A stretch of DNA of 64,000 nt, from assembly GCA_965223265.1 (NCBI GenBank), contig OZ244999.1, positions 8,960,001 through 9,024,000 on the forward strand, in the 5' to 3' direction. This document shows positions 40,714-50,277 of the stretch, one piece after another (the first letter of the stretch is position 1; each line of letters starts with the position of its first letter). The stretch is from Planctomycetota bacterium. Its GTDB lineage: Bacteria > Planctomycetota > UBA8108 > SXIK01. The notes beneath the pieces were generated by a model. The model did no database searches. It worked only from the letters and a program-made list of their open reading frames with translations, and was not told the origin of the DNA. The translations under genes and the position numbers were made by a program.

Positions 40714-42012
40714 TTACGTCGTCGTGACCTGGTGCATGTGGACGTCTTGCTGTGGGAATGGGATTGAGATGCCTTCGGCATCGAATCGCTCCTTCACCGC
40801 GCGGGTCAGATCCCAATAGACAGCCCAATAGTCACTTGTCTTCGTCCACGGTCGGCAAACGAAATTGACCGACGAGTCTGCGAGTTCGTTCACCTTGACC
40901 ACGGGCGCGGGGTCTTTGAGGACGAGTTCGTGACTGGCGACAAGTTCCTCGAGGATCTTTTGCGCTTTCCCGATGTCGTCGTCGTACCCGATGCCAAACA
41001 CCAAGTCGACACGTCGCGTGTCGTTGCCCGTGATATTGGTGATGATTCCGCCCCAGATCGACCCGTTCGGCACGACTACATTCTGATTGTCCGGCGTCTT
41101 GAGTGTCGTCGAAACCAGACTCATCGCATCCACTTTGCCGGTCACTCCCGCGACGGTGACGACGTCGCCGATATCGTAGGGCCTGTAGAGAAGAATCATA
41201 ATGCCACACGCGAAGTTGCTGAGCGTGCCCTGAAGCGCGAAGCCAACGACGAACGCAACGCCGCCGAACGCGGCCAAAAGCGGCGTGATGTTCACTTCGA
41301 GCATCGACAGGGCAACGATCAGTCCGACGAAGAAAACGACTTTGCGTATGGTGGTGACAAAGAAATCTTTCAGCAGCGCTGAGACGTTGACACGCGACAT
41401 AGAAAGTGCCTTGGCGACGATCTTGCCGGCGATCGCAGCTAGGATCTTGAAAGCGATGAGGATGGCGACAAAGGCGGCGATGTTTTTAGCCCAGCGGATG
41501 CCACCTTCGGATGACAGTGCCCAGTTCTTCAGCGCGACCAACACCGCGCTCGGTTCCTTGACGTTTCCGAGTTCGATCGGACTCGAAACGGCGCCCATAT
41601 AATTCGAGAACGCGTTGGCTTCCTCTTCTCCGCCTTTGGATGTGAGTTCGCCCAAGACAGCCTTGAGCCGATCGGCAATTCGAGTGCGCTCGTCGGCCAG
41701 CGCCGTGATCTTCTCCATGATCTGGGACTTGGCGGCGGCATCCTCTGTCTTCATCTGCTGAACTTTTTGCGCGCTGATTTCGGAAGCCTTAGCCTTGAGC
41801 ACGCCTTTCCAAGCATCCGCGAGCTTCACGAGCTCGTCCTTGTCGAGTGGGGTCAGCTGAAGTTCCAGCTCTGCGAGGTCAATCGTCGGATCGGTGAGCC
41901 CTGGCGGCGGTGCATCCGACTGTGCGGCGAGCGGCGCCACTGTCAACCCGAGCGCGAGACCGAGGGTTCGCAACGCGCGACGGGTGCGATCGAAGAGGTT
42001 GCAATGTCTCAT
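40714..42012 (-). CDS. mscS: MscS-family mechanosensitive channel with N-terminal periplasmic coiled coil
   Basis: GFALQGTLSNFACG..RPYDIGD..VPNGSI..RRVDLVFGIGYDDD..GISIPFPQ; signal peptide. Confidence 0.9.
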   Translation of the reverse strand: MRHCNLFDRTRRALRTLGLALGLTVAPLAAQSDAPPPGLTDPTIDLAELELQLTPLDKDELVKLADAWKGVLKAKASEISAQKVQQMKTEDAAAKSQIMEKITALADERTRIADRLKAVLGELTSKGGEEEANAFSNYMGAVSSPIELGNVKEPSAVLVALKNWALSSEGGIRWAKNIAAFVAILIAFKILAAIAGKIVAKALSMSRVNVSALLKDFFVTTIRKVVFFVGLIVALSMLEVNITPLLAAFGGVAFVVGFALQGTLSNFACGIMILLYRPYDIGDVVTVAGVTGKVDAMSLVSTTLKTPDNQNVVVPNGSIWGGIITNITGNDTRRVDLVFGIGYDDDIGKAQKILEELVASHELVLKDPAPVVKVNELADSSVNFVCRPWTKTSDYWAVYWDLTRAVKERFDAEGISIPFPQQDVHMHQVTTT

Positions 42013-42954
42013 GAGTTCCTCAATTCCTTACACCGTATATCCCCGTCAAGGCACTCCACTCGGGAAGCCTTGATCCTCCCAGCTCGTGCGAAGGGCTTCG
42101 ACGAGCTCCGTACTCCGATCAGAAGTGATCTGACCGTCTATCGACGCGGCGTACCGGCAGCGCGCCGCTGGCGTCGTTCCCGCCGACGACAAGCAAAAAC
42201 CCGAAATCGGATCTGGCAACCTGTTGTCTCGAGCTCTCACAGTGAGATCCCAAAGTTGCAGCGCCACCCTTCCTCGACGCCCTTGCAACTCTCCTGGTCT
42301 CTCATGACTCGCCACGGTTCGATGAAACGATACCTGGCGAAGTTGCTCCGACCACCAGTTCCAGCGCCAGCAGAATACTGACTAACCGCGGCGTCTGCAA
42401 GGGGGTGGGCGCGGCGCCACGGTCCGGGCTCTGGACCTGCTCGCGACGAGCTTCAGAGCCCATTTGGCAACCCGTTTCCGCAAGGTGGAGACGACTCTAG
42501 CGTAGCTAAACAATAGATCTCACCGAGGAGCCAAGAGGCCACTGGGGCGGTTTGAAAAAAGGGCCCCGCCACGTCGCTGTCGGTTCGGCGGGAAACCTGG
42601 CGATCGCGACGGAGCCGTCAACTTCTCATTCGCACGGCGATCGTCGGCACGGCTGAGTGCGCGGCGTGGCCGGCACTTGTAGGTCAGCTGGGTCGAGTTC
42701 GGCCGTTGCGATGTCATCGTAGCCATCGAGCGAGACCGTGCTATCGGGAGGTGCCCGACCTGGAGCCTCGCGATTCCTGACGCCTGAGAGCTGCCTGAGC
42801 GACGCCGGTCGTGCACTCGAGGCTGACGATTCTCGCTCGCCGTAGAAGTCCATGGAGGTCGCACGCGTTTGAGGAGTATGCCTGATCTCGGGTCGAGCTG
42901 GCAGCCGCGGCTCCGCCTTCGTTGGCCCCGGGCAGTGTTGGAACGGGCAGCTAG

Positions 42955-43368
42955 TCAATAGGCGTGCAACCGTTCTCGCAGCGCATTGGGATCGCAATCC
43001 TTGAGAACTAGCTCTCCCGCTCCAGCTGCGAGCACGTGAGCGACGAGCCGGGCGTCGGCGAACAACGACAGTGCGATCACCCGCGGTCGACTGGGTGATG
43101 TCGCGACATCTCGGATGACCCCCCGGAGCTGTGGCGACGAGACGTCGATCATCACGACGTCGGGCTTTCTCTCGAGTACGAGCCGGATGGCGTCCTGCGG
43201 GAGTGATCCTTCGCCGACAACGCGCAGTCGGTGATCGAGCTCGATGATCCCTCTCAGGCCGCGCCGGAACACTTCGTGCGGATCGCACAGTACGATGCGC
43301 ACGCCGGTTGGGCGCACGCCGGTTGGGCGCACAGCGGTTGGGCGAACGGAGGTCGGGCGGGCAGACAT
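42955..43368 (-). CDS. Stand-alone NarL-type receiver domain (no HTH), possibly degenerate
   Basis: RIVLCDPHEVFRRGL..PDVVMIDV..VIALS..AGAGELVLKD; N-terminal (R)PT[SAG]V repeats from a 15-bp tandem repeat. Confidence 0.65.
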   Translation of the reverse strand: MSARPTSVRPTAVRPTGVRPTGVRIVLCDPHEVFRRGLRGIIELDHRLRVVGEGSLPQDAIRLVLERKPDVVMIDVSSPQLRGVIRDVATSPSRPRVIALSLFADARLVAHVLAAGAGELVLKDCDPNALRERLHAY

Positions 43369-43693
43369 CGGGACACCGAAGGGATTGGGCGTGGGAGAAC
43401 GCCGTCGCTGCCCGCCCAAACGATGCTCCAAGCCCGATTCAGATCAGTTGACCACTCCGCCTCGAAGAGAAGAGATGACGCGTAATGACCACGTGTGGCT
43501 GAGCCGCGCGGTTCTCCGCGGCCACTTCTTCGCGTCATTGAGATTGATCGCAGCGTTCTCGCCGCCGACTCTACAGCTCGATCCGTGACGGCGCGATCGG
43601 GGATTGCCTGAACTCACCTAGTGATTCTCCCGACAGCGGACGCAACCAGTCGTCAAGCAGAGAGGGTCGTGTGGCCACCGGTGCGTCGCCCAT

Positions 43694-44347
43694 TCACTGG
43701 TCAAGCGAAGTGTATCCCTCGCGAATGGCGTACTTCGTTAGCTCGGCTATGCTGTTGAAATTGAGTTTCGCCATGATGTGTTGGCGGTGTGTCTCAATGG
43801 TTTTTGCGCTGACTTTGAGATCGAGCGCCGCCTGCTTTGTGGTCTTGCCCTCGGCCAGGAGTTGAAGGACTTCTCTTTCGCGCGGAGTGAGTTGATCGCC
43901 GCCGACATCTCGACCTTGTTCAAGTTTATGCACGTAGTCGTCGATCACGACGCCGGTGATCTGGCCGCTCAGATAGACTTGTCCGTCGAGTACTGAGCGG
44001 ATCGCATCCCGTAGCTCGTCGACAGCACAGTCTTTGAGAAGATAACCCACAGCGCCGGCCTGGAACATCCGGCTGACGTGGCTACGATCGGCGTGCATTG
44101 ATAGGGCGATGACTTTCGTTCGTAGGTCGAGGCCTGCGATCTGTCGCGCCGCCTCGACGCCATTGAGGTCTGGCATGCTGATGTCCATGACGACAATGTC
44201 CGGGTGCAACTCTTCGGTCAACTTGACAGCTGTGCGACCGTCGGACGCTTCGCCGACGACTTCCATGTCCGACTGTTGACTGAGCCAAGTGCGAAGGCCG
44301 TCCCGGACGATTCGATGATCATCGGCGATCAGAATTCGCGTAGCCAA
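43694..44347 (-). CDS. NarL/LuxR-family response regulator
   Basis: ILIADDH, VVMDISMP, YLLKD, LTPREREVLQLLAEG..TIETHRQHIMAKL. Confidence 0.95.
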   Translation of the reverse strand: MATRILIADDHRIVRDGLRTWLSQQSDMEVVGEASDGRTAVKLTEELHPDIVVMDISMPDLNGVEAARQIAGLDLRTKVIALSMHADRSHVSRMFQAGAVGYLLKDCAVDELRDAIRSVLDGQVYLSGQITGVVIDDYVHKLEQGRDVGGDQLTPREREVLQLLAEGKTTKQAALDLKVSAKTIETHRQHIMAKLNFNSIAELTKYAIREGYTSLDQ

Positions 44348-44655
44348 GTTAGATCTCCGTGTCGTTGTCTACCGGTTCCCTCTAAGCGAACGCCGGCAGA
44401 GGATGGAGGAAGGTCGCCACCGCTTTCGTGCTCTTTTGGTTGAGGGGCGCTGTGCGTGCCTGGGGATTAATCCGCGCGCGAGCAGGCGGCGCGGTGCGGC
44501 GGAACGTGGCGATAGGGTGATGGACGCGTTCTGCTTGGGAGCGCGCGCTTCGTTCCGAACGCCGAAATGTGGTAGAATCCTGTCCACGTTTTAATCTGTA
44601 TTGCGCGGCGACTGCGCCGTCAAGTTTTTCCCCCAGCCGTCAGGGCGAGACCGAG

Positions 44656-45315
44656 ATGCATCACGCCAACGACGAGGATTTGAGGGCGTCAGCGGAGGGC
44701 CGGCAGGTGGATTCTCGTCCTCTGGATCGAGTACGTGAGATCCTGATCGGTTCGCAGATGCGAGCGCAAGAACAAAACTTGGCGCGCTTCGAGGAGAGAA
44801 TGCTGCGTGTGGCCGAGGGTGTGAGAGAGGAGCTGTGTCGTCGCGTTGACGAGCTGTCTCGCCAGATGGCCGATCGAGTGGGGGTGCTCAGGTCTGAATT
44901 AGAGTCGGAGAAAAGCGGCCGCACTGATGCCACGGCGCAGATTCACAACGAGATCGAACAGCTGCAGCGTCTTCATCGCGAGGAAGTGGAGCGACTGCGG
45001 GATGAATCGATCCGGGCTCAGGGCCGATTCCAGGCGGAACTACAAGAGCGATGCGATCAGCTGAGGCGTGAGATTGAAGCGCAGCAGAAACTACGCTTCG
45101 ACGATCAGAGGCAGAGCATCGAAACACTCCGTTTCGACAAAATGGATCGAGTTGAACTGGCAAGTCTGTTGGCGGAGCTCGCTATGCGCCTTGACGAACA
45201 GCCGTTGGGTGTAGACGGTGTCACACCCCGCGTGGTTGAAGGGGATCGAGACGACGTTGGTCATAGCGAAAAACCTGCCGGAACCGAAGATGGTCGTGGC
45301 ATCCATCGACCGTGA
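44656..45315 (+). CDS. Coiled-coil protein (first gene of the small-GTPase cluster)
   Basis: LDRVREILIGSQMR N-terminal motif, heptad-rich body, KMDRVELASLLAELAMRL C-terminal motif. Confidence 0.75.
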   Translation: MHHANDEDLRASAEGRQVDSRPLDRVREILIGSQMRAQEQNLARFEERMLRVAEGVREELCRRVDELSRQMADRVGVLRSELESEKSGRTDATAQIHNEIEQLQRLHREEVERLRDESIRAQGRFQAELQERCDQLRREIEAQQKLRFDDQRQSIETLRFDKMDRVELASLLAELAMRLDEQPLGVDGVTPRVVEGDRDDVGHSEKPAGTEDGRGIHRP

Positions 45316-45511
45316 TATTGCGATGCCTACGCCGATCTCGGACCAGTGATGACGCTGCGCGGATTCTCGCCGCGAGTTTCGAATGTCGATTGTGGTTGGC
45401 AAGTTGAAGTATTGACTGAGTCTTTTCGCGACGAGTCGTTTGGCGGTAGGTCGATTGGCCGACTTTCGTAAGCGACGAGAATTGAAAGAAGGATTCTGCG
45501 CGGCGATTGAG

Positions 45512-47851
45512 ATGGTAGAAGACAGTCGATCCAACAACCATCGGTCGAAACCGTCGGCCTCCGAGCAGGCGCCTGTTGACGACGAGATCGAGGAGCTCCG
45601 TTCTTTGCTCTTTCAGGAGGAGCGAAATCAGCTCGATCGTATCTCTCGACGGTTGGACGACCCGCACACTCGTGCGGTTGAAGTCGGCCGCGTTCTTGGC
45701 GAAGCGATCGATCATGGCAAGCGCCACGATGGCCACTTGGCGGAAGTGCTGCAGCCCGACGTCGACCAGGAGATTCGAAAGAGTGTGCGGCGAGACCCGG
45801 ATGTGTTCGCTGACGCGATTTTTCCTGCGCTCGGCCCGGCGATTCGCAAGTCGATCGCGGATTCTCTGCGCCGTCTTGTGCAGGTTTTTCACCAGACGCT
45901 GGAACATAGTCTTTCACCTCGATCACTGCGTTGGCGACTGGAGGCGTTTCGCAGCGGACGGTCTTTCGCCGAAGTCGTGTTGATCCATATTCTGCCGTAC
46001 CGAGTGGAACAGATGTTTCTGATCCACCGGGAATCTGGGCTCTTGCTGCGTCACGAATACGCCGACACCGTCAGCGTTAGAGATAGCGACCTCGTCTCCG
46101 GAATGTTGACAGCGATTCGAGACTTCGCGACCGACTCCTTCGAGCTCGACGACGGCGCATCGCTCGATGCTCTACGGGTCGGCGAACTGACCGTGTGGGT
46201 CGAGAGCGGCCCCGCCGCGATTCTGGCGGCCGTCATTCGCGGTGCACCGCCGCAGGAGCTTCGCGTTCGTTTGCAGGCGACGCTCGAAGATATACACCGG
46301 GAATTCGGCGAACAGCTGTCAAGTTTCGACGGACGTGCGGACGCGCTGCAGACGGTGGGGCCGGCGCTACAAGAGTACATGCTCGAGTCGACACCGGAAC
46401 CGGTCCCGGAGGCCAGACAAGGGCGCGTCGGAAAGGTCGCTGCTGCGATCTGCGCTCTTCTACTGGTTGTTGGTCTCGCCTTTTGGACGTATCGCTCATG
46501 GGATGAGTCGAGGACCTGGGCGAAGTACATCCGAGATCTTGAAGAGGCACCAGGACTTGTTGTTGTGGATCACGGCCGGGACTCGGACGGATACTTCGTG
46601 CGAGGTCTTCGCGACGCGCTCGCCGTCGACCCGGATAAGATCGTGAACGGTGGAATGCTGGCACGTTCTGAGTGGCGTCCGTACTACTCCGTCGAACCGG
46701 AGATTGTCGTCGAAAGGGCGGTTCAGCTGCTCGAGCCGCCGCCAACAGTGACTCTCGACGTCGACGGTGAAACGCTCAAGATTTCTGGACGCGCGCGGTC
46801 CACGTTTATTGAGTCTGCGCGCCGACTGGCACCAACGATCCCAGGCATCGCCCGGGTTGCAGACAGCGAGCTCGCAGTCGTGGATCAGGAGGCGCGGATT
46901 CTCGACGCCGCAAACGGGAAGCTTCGGCCGCCGGAGACGGTCGCGATGTCTCTCGATGGCGGCATACTCAGGCTCCGCGGCAAAGCGCCAGAGCGTTGGA
47001 TCGAATCCGCTGCAACTCTTGCCCGTACCGTCGACGGAGTCGACGACGTTGACTTGAGTGAGCTTCAGATCGATGGACTGAGTGCTCGTCTCTTAGCGCA
47101 GGCGATAACCCTCCTCAAACCGCCCGAAAGCGTCGAGCTGTCGTTGACCGGCGGACGGCTCAGCGCCTCGGGATCGTGTCGCCAGGAGTGGCTCGAGGCC
47201 GCCCGTGCGCTTGTCCGTGTGCTCCCGGATGTTTCTGATTTTGACACAGCCCGGCTCCGCGTGGCGGATATCGACCAGGTGCTTCTAGGTCGCGCCGAGC
47301 TTCTCCTGTTGCCGCCCGAGACCGTGCGATTAAGTGTCGAGGAGCGAGTTCTCAGGATGACCGGAGAAGCTTCCCATGATTGGGCGTCGCGAGCAAAGCG
47401 CTTCGCGGGGCGGATTCCCGAACTCCTCCGCGTCGACGCTTCACGACTCATCGATGTCGATGTGCGTTACTTGATCGCCGCCAAGGATCGAATCGAAAGC
47501 GTACGGTTCAGCTTCGCACGCAACGCGAGCGATCCCTCCGGCACGGCCGCCCAGTCGCTTGCCGAAGTCGCGGTGCGAATCGACGAGGTGCGGAGTTACG
47601 CGCGACGCGTGGGCGACGGCGTGGTGGTCGAGGTCGTCGCCTATACGAACGACACCGGCGACGACGACTACAATCGACGCTTGGCGCTCGCTCGCGCGGA
47701 GCGTATCGTCGATCTCCTGGTTGAGCAGGGCGTTCCTCGAGAACTGCTTTCCGCTCGCGGGCATGGCGCGGCATCTTCCAAGGGTGTGCGCAAGACACGC
47801 CGTGATCGCCGCGCGGAGCTCCGTGTGATCTTAACAAGCAAGACGCCGTGA
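45512..47851 (+). CDS. Membrane protein: cytoplasmic conserved domain + TM + four BON-like repeats + OmpA-like C-terminal domain
   Basis: ADAIFPALGPAIRKSI..YRVEQMFLIHRESGLLL..DLVSGMLTAIRDF; one TM helix; 4x PPxTVxLxxxGxxLxxxGxA; YTNDTG..NRRLALARA..RRAELRV. Confidence 0.8.
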   Translation: MVEDSRSNNHRSKPSASEQAPVDDEIEELRSLLFQEERNQLDRISRRLDDPHTRAVEVGRVLGEAIDHGKRHDGHLAEVLQPDVDQEIRKSVRRDPDVFADAIFPALGPAIRKSIADSLRRLVQVFHQTLEHSLSPRSLRWRLEAFRSGRSFAEVVLIHILPYRVEQMFLIHRESGLLLRHEYADTVSVRDSDLVSGMLTAIRDFATDSFELDDGASLDALRVGELTVWVESGPAAILAAVIRGAPPQELRVRLQATLEDIHREFGEQLSSFDGRADALQTVGPALQEYMLESTPEPVPEARQGRVGKVAAAICALLLVVGLAFWTYRSWDESRTWAKYIRDLEEAPGLVVVDHGRDSDGYFVRGLRDALAVDPDKIVNGGMLARSEWRPYYSVEPEIVVERAVQLLEPPPTVTLDVDGETLKISGRARSTFIESARRLAPTIPGIARVADSELAVVDQEARILDAANGKLRPPETVAMSLDGGILRLRGKAPERWIESAATLARTVDGVDDVDLSELQIDGLSARLLAQAITLLKPPESVELSLTGGRLSASGSCRQEWLEAARALVRVLPDVSDFDTARLRVADIDQVLLGRAELLLLPPETVRLSVEERVLRMTGEASHDWASRAKRFAGRIPELLRVDASRLIDVDVRYLIAAKDRIESVRFSFARNASDPSGTAAQSLAEVAVRIDEVRSYARRVGDGVVVEVVAYTNDTGDDDYNRRLALARAERIVDLLVEQGVPRELLSARGHGAASSKGVRKTRRDRRAELRVILTSKTP

Positions 47852-47864
47852 CGAGCTTGCAGCG

Positions 47865-48368
47865 ATGATCCAGCGTAAAGTGTGCTTGCTCGGGGCATTT
47901 GCCGTCGGCAAGACGAGCCTCGTGTCGAGATTCGTTCACGGTTTCTTTTCGGATCGTTATCACACGACCGTCGGCGTCAAGATCGACAAGAAGCTGCTTG
48001 CAGTCGACGGTGAGGACGTTCAACTCATCGTCTGGGACCTTGCTGGTGAGGACGATCTTGTGCCCCTGCGTACGTCGTATCTTCGTGGCGCGTCCGGTTG
48101 CCTCGTCGTTGTTGACGGGACGCGGGGCGAGACGCTCGATGTCGCTCGCGATCTATGTCAGCGCGTGAAGAGCGCAGTCGATGATTGCGAGATCGTGTTC
48201 GTTCTCAACAAGTCGGATCTCAAGGGCGAATGGGAACTAGCCTCGGACGTCCGAGAGACGTTGACGGCGGACGGTTACGACTCGGTCGTCTCGAGCGCGA
48301 AGTCTGGCGACGGTGTAGAAGCGGCGTTCGCGATTTTGGCCAAGAGAATGTTGAGCCGTCGTCCGTGA
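47865..48368 (+). CDS. Rab/Ras-like small GTPase (prokaryotic Rup type)
   Basis: G1 GAFAVGKTS, G2 TVG, G3 WDLAG, G4 NKSD, G5 SAK; 167 aa. Confidence 0.92.
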   Translation: MIQRKVCLLGAFAVGKTSLVSRFVHGFFSDRYHTTVGVKIDKKLLAVDGEDVQLIVWDLAGEDDLVPLRTSYLRGASGCLVVVDGTRGETLDVARDLCQRVKSAVDDCEIVFVLNKSDLKGEWELASDVRETLTADGYDSVVSSAKSGDGVEAAFAILAKRMLSRRP

Positions 48369-50062
48369 GAGAGTTGCCCAAAGTCGTGAAGGATTACGTC
48401 GGCGGAAGCGCGACGGAGCGCTGGGCACCGGCCTTTCTCTCGCTCGACGGGCGCGGTCGTGTGCTCAAGGCGGGGGGTGATCTCGGGCGCTACGGGCTTG
48501 GCGATACCTACATAGGAGACGCTGTTGTCGGTCGATTGGCTTGCCTTTTTGGCGCTTTGCCACACGCATCGCCGACAGCACTCGTTCTGCCTCGGGTTGA
48601 GCTTGAGAACGGGCGCTTTGCCGATGTTCACATCTTCACCAGCGACGAGAGCTGTGGCGACCAGGACCGGCGTGGCCAGGACTGGGTCGTGCTTCTTGAT
48701 GCGACGGATGCGACACAAGCTCAGCAACGTCTGCAGCAAAGCTCGAATGAGGCGAGGCTATTGCGGTCGCGGCTGCGAAAGGTGGAAGCGCGAGCTTTAC
48801 ACCCTGTCACGAGTGAGCGGCGTGCGCTCCTGGCCCTCGAGACGGTCGTGTTGGAATCAGTCGACGGCGATGAGTTGATCGCCTGCGGCGCGCTACCAGC
48901 TTGGTTTCGACGTCTCGCGGGGATGGAGAGAGAGTGTGTCCGATTCGACGCGAAGTTTTGGATGCGATTTCCTTTCGTTGAGAATTTCCTCGCCGATGCG
49001 CGCCAGCTTTGGCAGCAGGCTACCGGCGGGCGGCTCGAGTCGGGCCCGTGGGTGGAGGTGTCGGAGAACGGCGAGGAGGTCCTGCTTCATGCTTCTGCAG
49101 TGAGACGTGACGGCGCCCGATTTCTACTGATCGAGAGACGCGAGCGAGACGCGGCGATGCAGCAGCGCATCGTGCAAGCGGCACGGAGTCAACGGCTGAC
49201 GACGCAGAAGGTTTTGGACCGAGAGCAGGAGGCGAATCGCTCCCTGCGCCAAGAACGACGCTCGCTCGAGCGATCTGTCATCGAGCATACTGAAGATCTT
49301 GAACGAATGAACGCTGAGCTTACCCGCGAGATCGTCGAGCGCGAACGTGCCGTGGAGCTATTGATTGAACACCAGGAGCGCCTGCGCTCGCTCGCCCTCG
49401 AGCTGTCGCGAACTGAGGAATGCGAGCGACGTCGGATCGCTCAAGGGCTTCATGATCAAGTCGGACAAACGCTCGCTCTGAGCAAAATGAAGCTGGCGAG
49501 CATGCGGCAGACGAACGACGACGCTGGCTTGATTCAAGAACTCTCAGTCGTCTATGACCTCCTCAGCGAAGTCGTGGAGTTCACCCGATCCCTCACGTTC
49601 GAATTGGGATCTCCCCTTCTCTACGACCTTGGGCTCGAACCGGCGCTCGATGGTTTAGCAGAGCAGATCGCGGCCCAATTCGATCTACAAGTTAGTTATC
49701 GGGATGACAGCGCGCCGAAACCTCTGAGCGAAGAACTGAAGGTCGTACTCTTTCAGATCGTGCGTGAGCTACTCTTCAACATCACGAAGCACGCCAACGC
49801 ACGCAGCGTCCAGATTGCATCGCAGCGGCGTGATACCGACGTCGAGATTCGGGTTGTCGATGATGGGGATGGTTTTGACGTAGGCGCCGTTTTGGCGGAC
49901 CCGTCGCGAGAACGAGGTTTCGGACTTTTCAGTATTCGCGAGCGTCTCAAGTACCTCGGCGGTGAGGTGACGATCGAGTCCGAACCTGGACGTGGAACGA
50001 CCGTCAGCCTCATTGCGCCCCTGGACGGCGAAGGCGATGGGGCATCTCCGCCGCAGCCTTGA
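48365..50062 (+). CDS. Cytoplasmic sensor histidine kinase (PAS-like N-terminus, HisKA_3, HATPase_c)
   Basis: ERRRIAQGLHDQVGQ, ELLFNITKHA, DDGDGF, GFGLFSIRER, GRGT; no TM; GTGA overlap with the GTPase stop. Confidence 0.9.
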   Translation: MRELPKVVKDYVGGSATERWAPAFLSLDGRGRVLKAGGDLGRYGLGDTYIGDAVVGRLACLFGALPHASPTALVLPRVELENGRFADVHIFTSDESCGDQDRRGQDWVVLLDATDATQAQQRLQQSSNEARLLRSRLRKVEARALHPVTSERRALLALETVVLESVDGDELIACGALPAWFRRLAGMERECVRFDAKFWMRFPFVENFLADARQLWQQATGGRLESGPWVEVSENGEEVLLHASAVRRDGARFLLIERRERDAAMQQRIVQAARSQRLTTQKVLDREQEANRSLRQERRSLERSVIEHTEDLERMNAELTREIVERERAVELLIEHQERLRSLALELSRTEECERRRIAQGLHDQVGQTLALSKMKLASMRQTNDDAGLIQELSVVYDLLSEVVEFTRSLTFELGSPLLYDLGLEPALDGLAEQIAAQFDLQVSYRDDSAPKPLSEELKVVLFQIVRELLFNITKHANARSVQIASQRRDTDVEIRVVDDGDGFDVGAVLADPSRERGFGLFSIRERLKYLGGEVTIESEPGRGTTVSLIAPLDGEGDGASPPQP

Positions 50063-50155
50063 CGTTTCGACGCCTTCGACGAATTTGAGCATCAGCCCAA
50101 ATCGCCGGTGAACTCGTTCGGCCAGGCCACCGCGAAATGGCCAACTCGAGGTGAA

Positions 50156-50200
50156 CAGCCTGCTGAAAAAGTCAGCTCGAAGCACTTCTTCAACAGGCTG
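50156..50200. mobile_element. Internally deleted 45-bp MITE, copy C
   Basis: CAGCCTGCTGAAAAAGTCA joined to GCTCGAAGCACTTCTTCAACAGGCTG-TTAA, i.e. the two ends of copy B. Confidence 0.7.
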
Positions 50201-50277
50201 TTAAGATCGCCCAGGTTCCTGTCCGATAACGAAGTGTTGTCGTGCGGCGATGCTTCCCTCGGACGTGGACATAGGCA

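Noticed and set aside
42466-42500. c-di-GMP-I riboswitch (GGCAAC..GCAA..GACG)
   Set aside because: Lacks the GCAAA/P3 half and points away from mscS.
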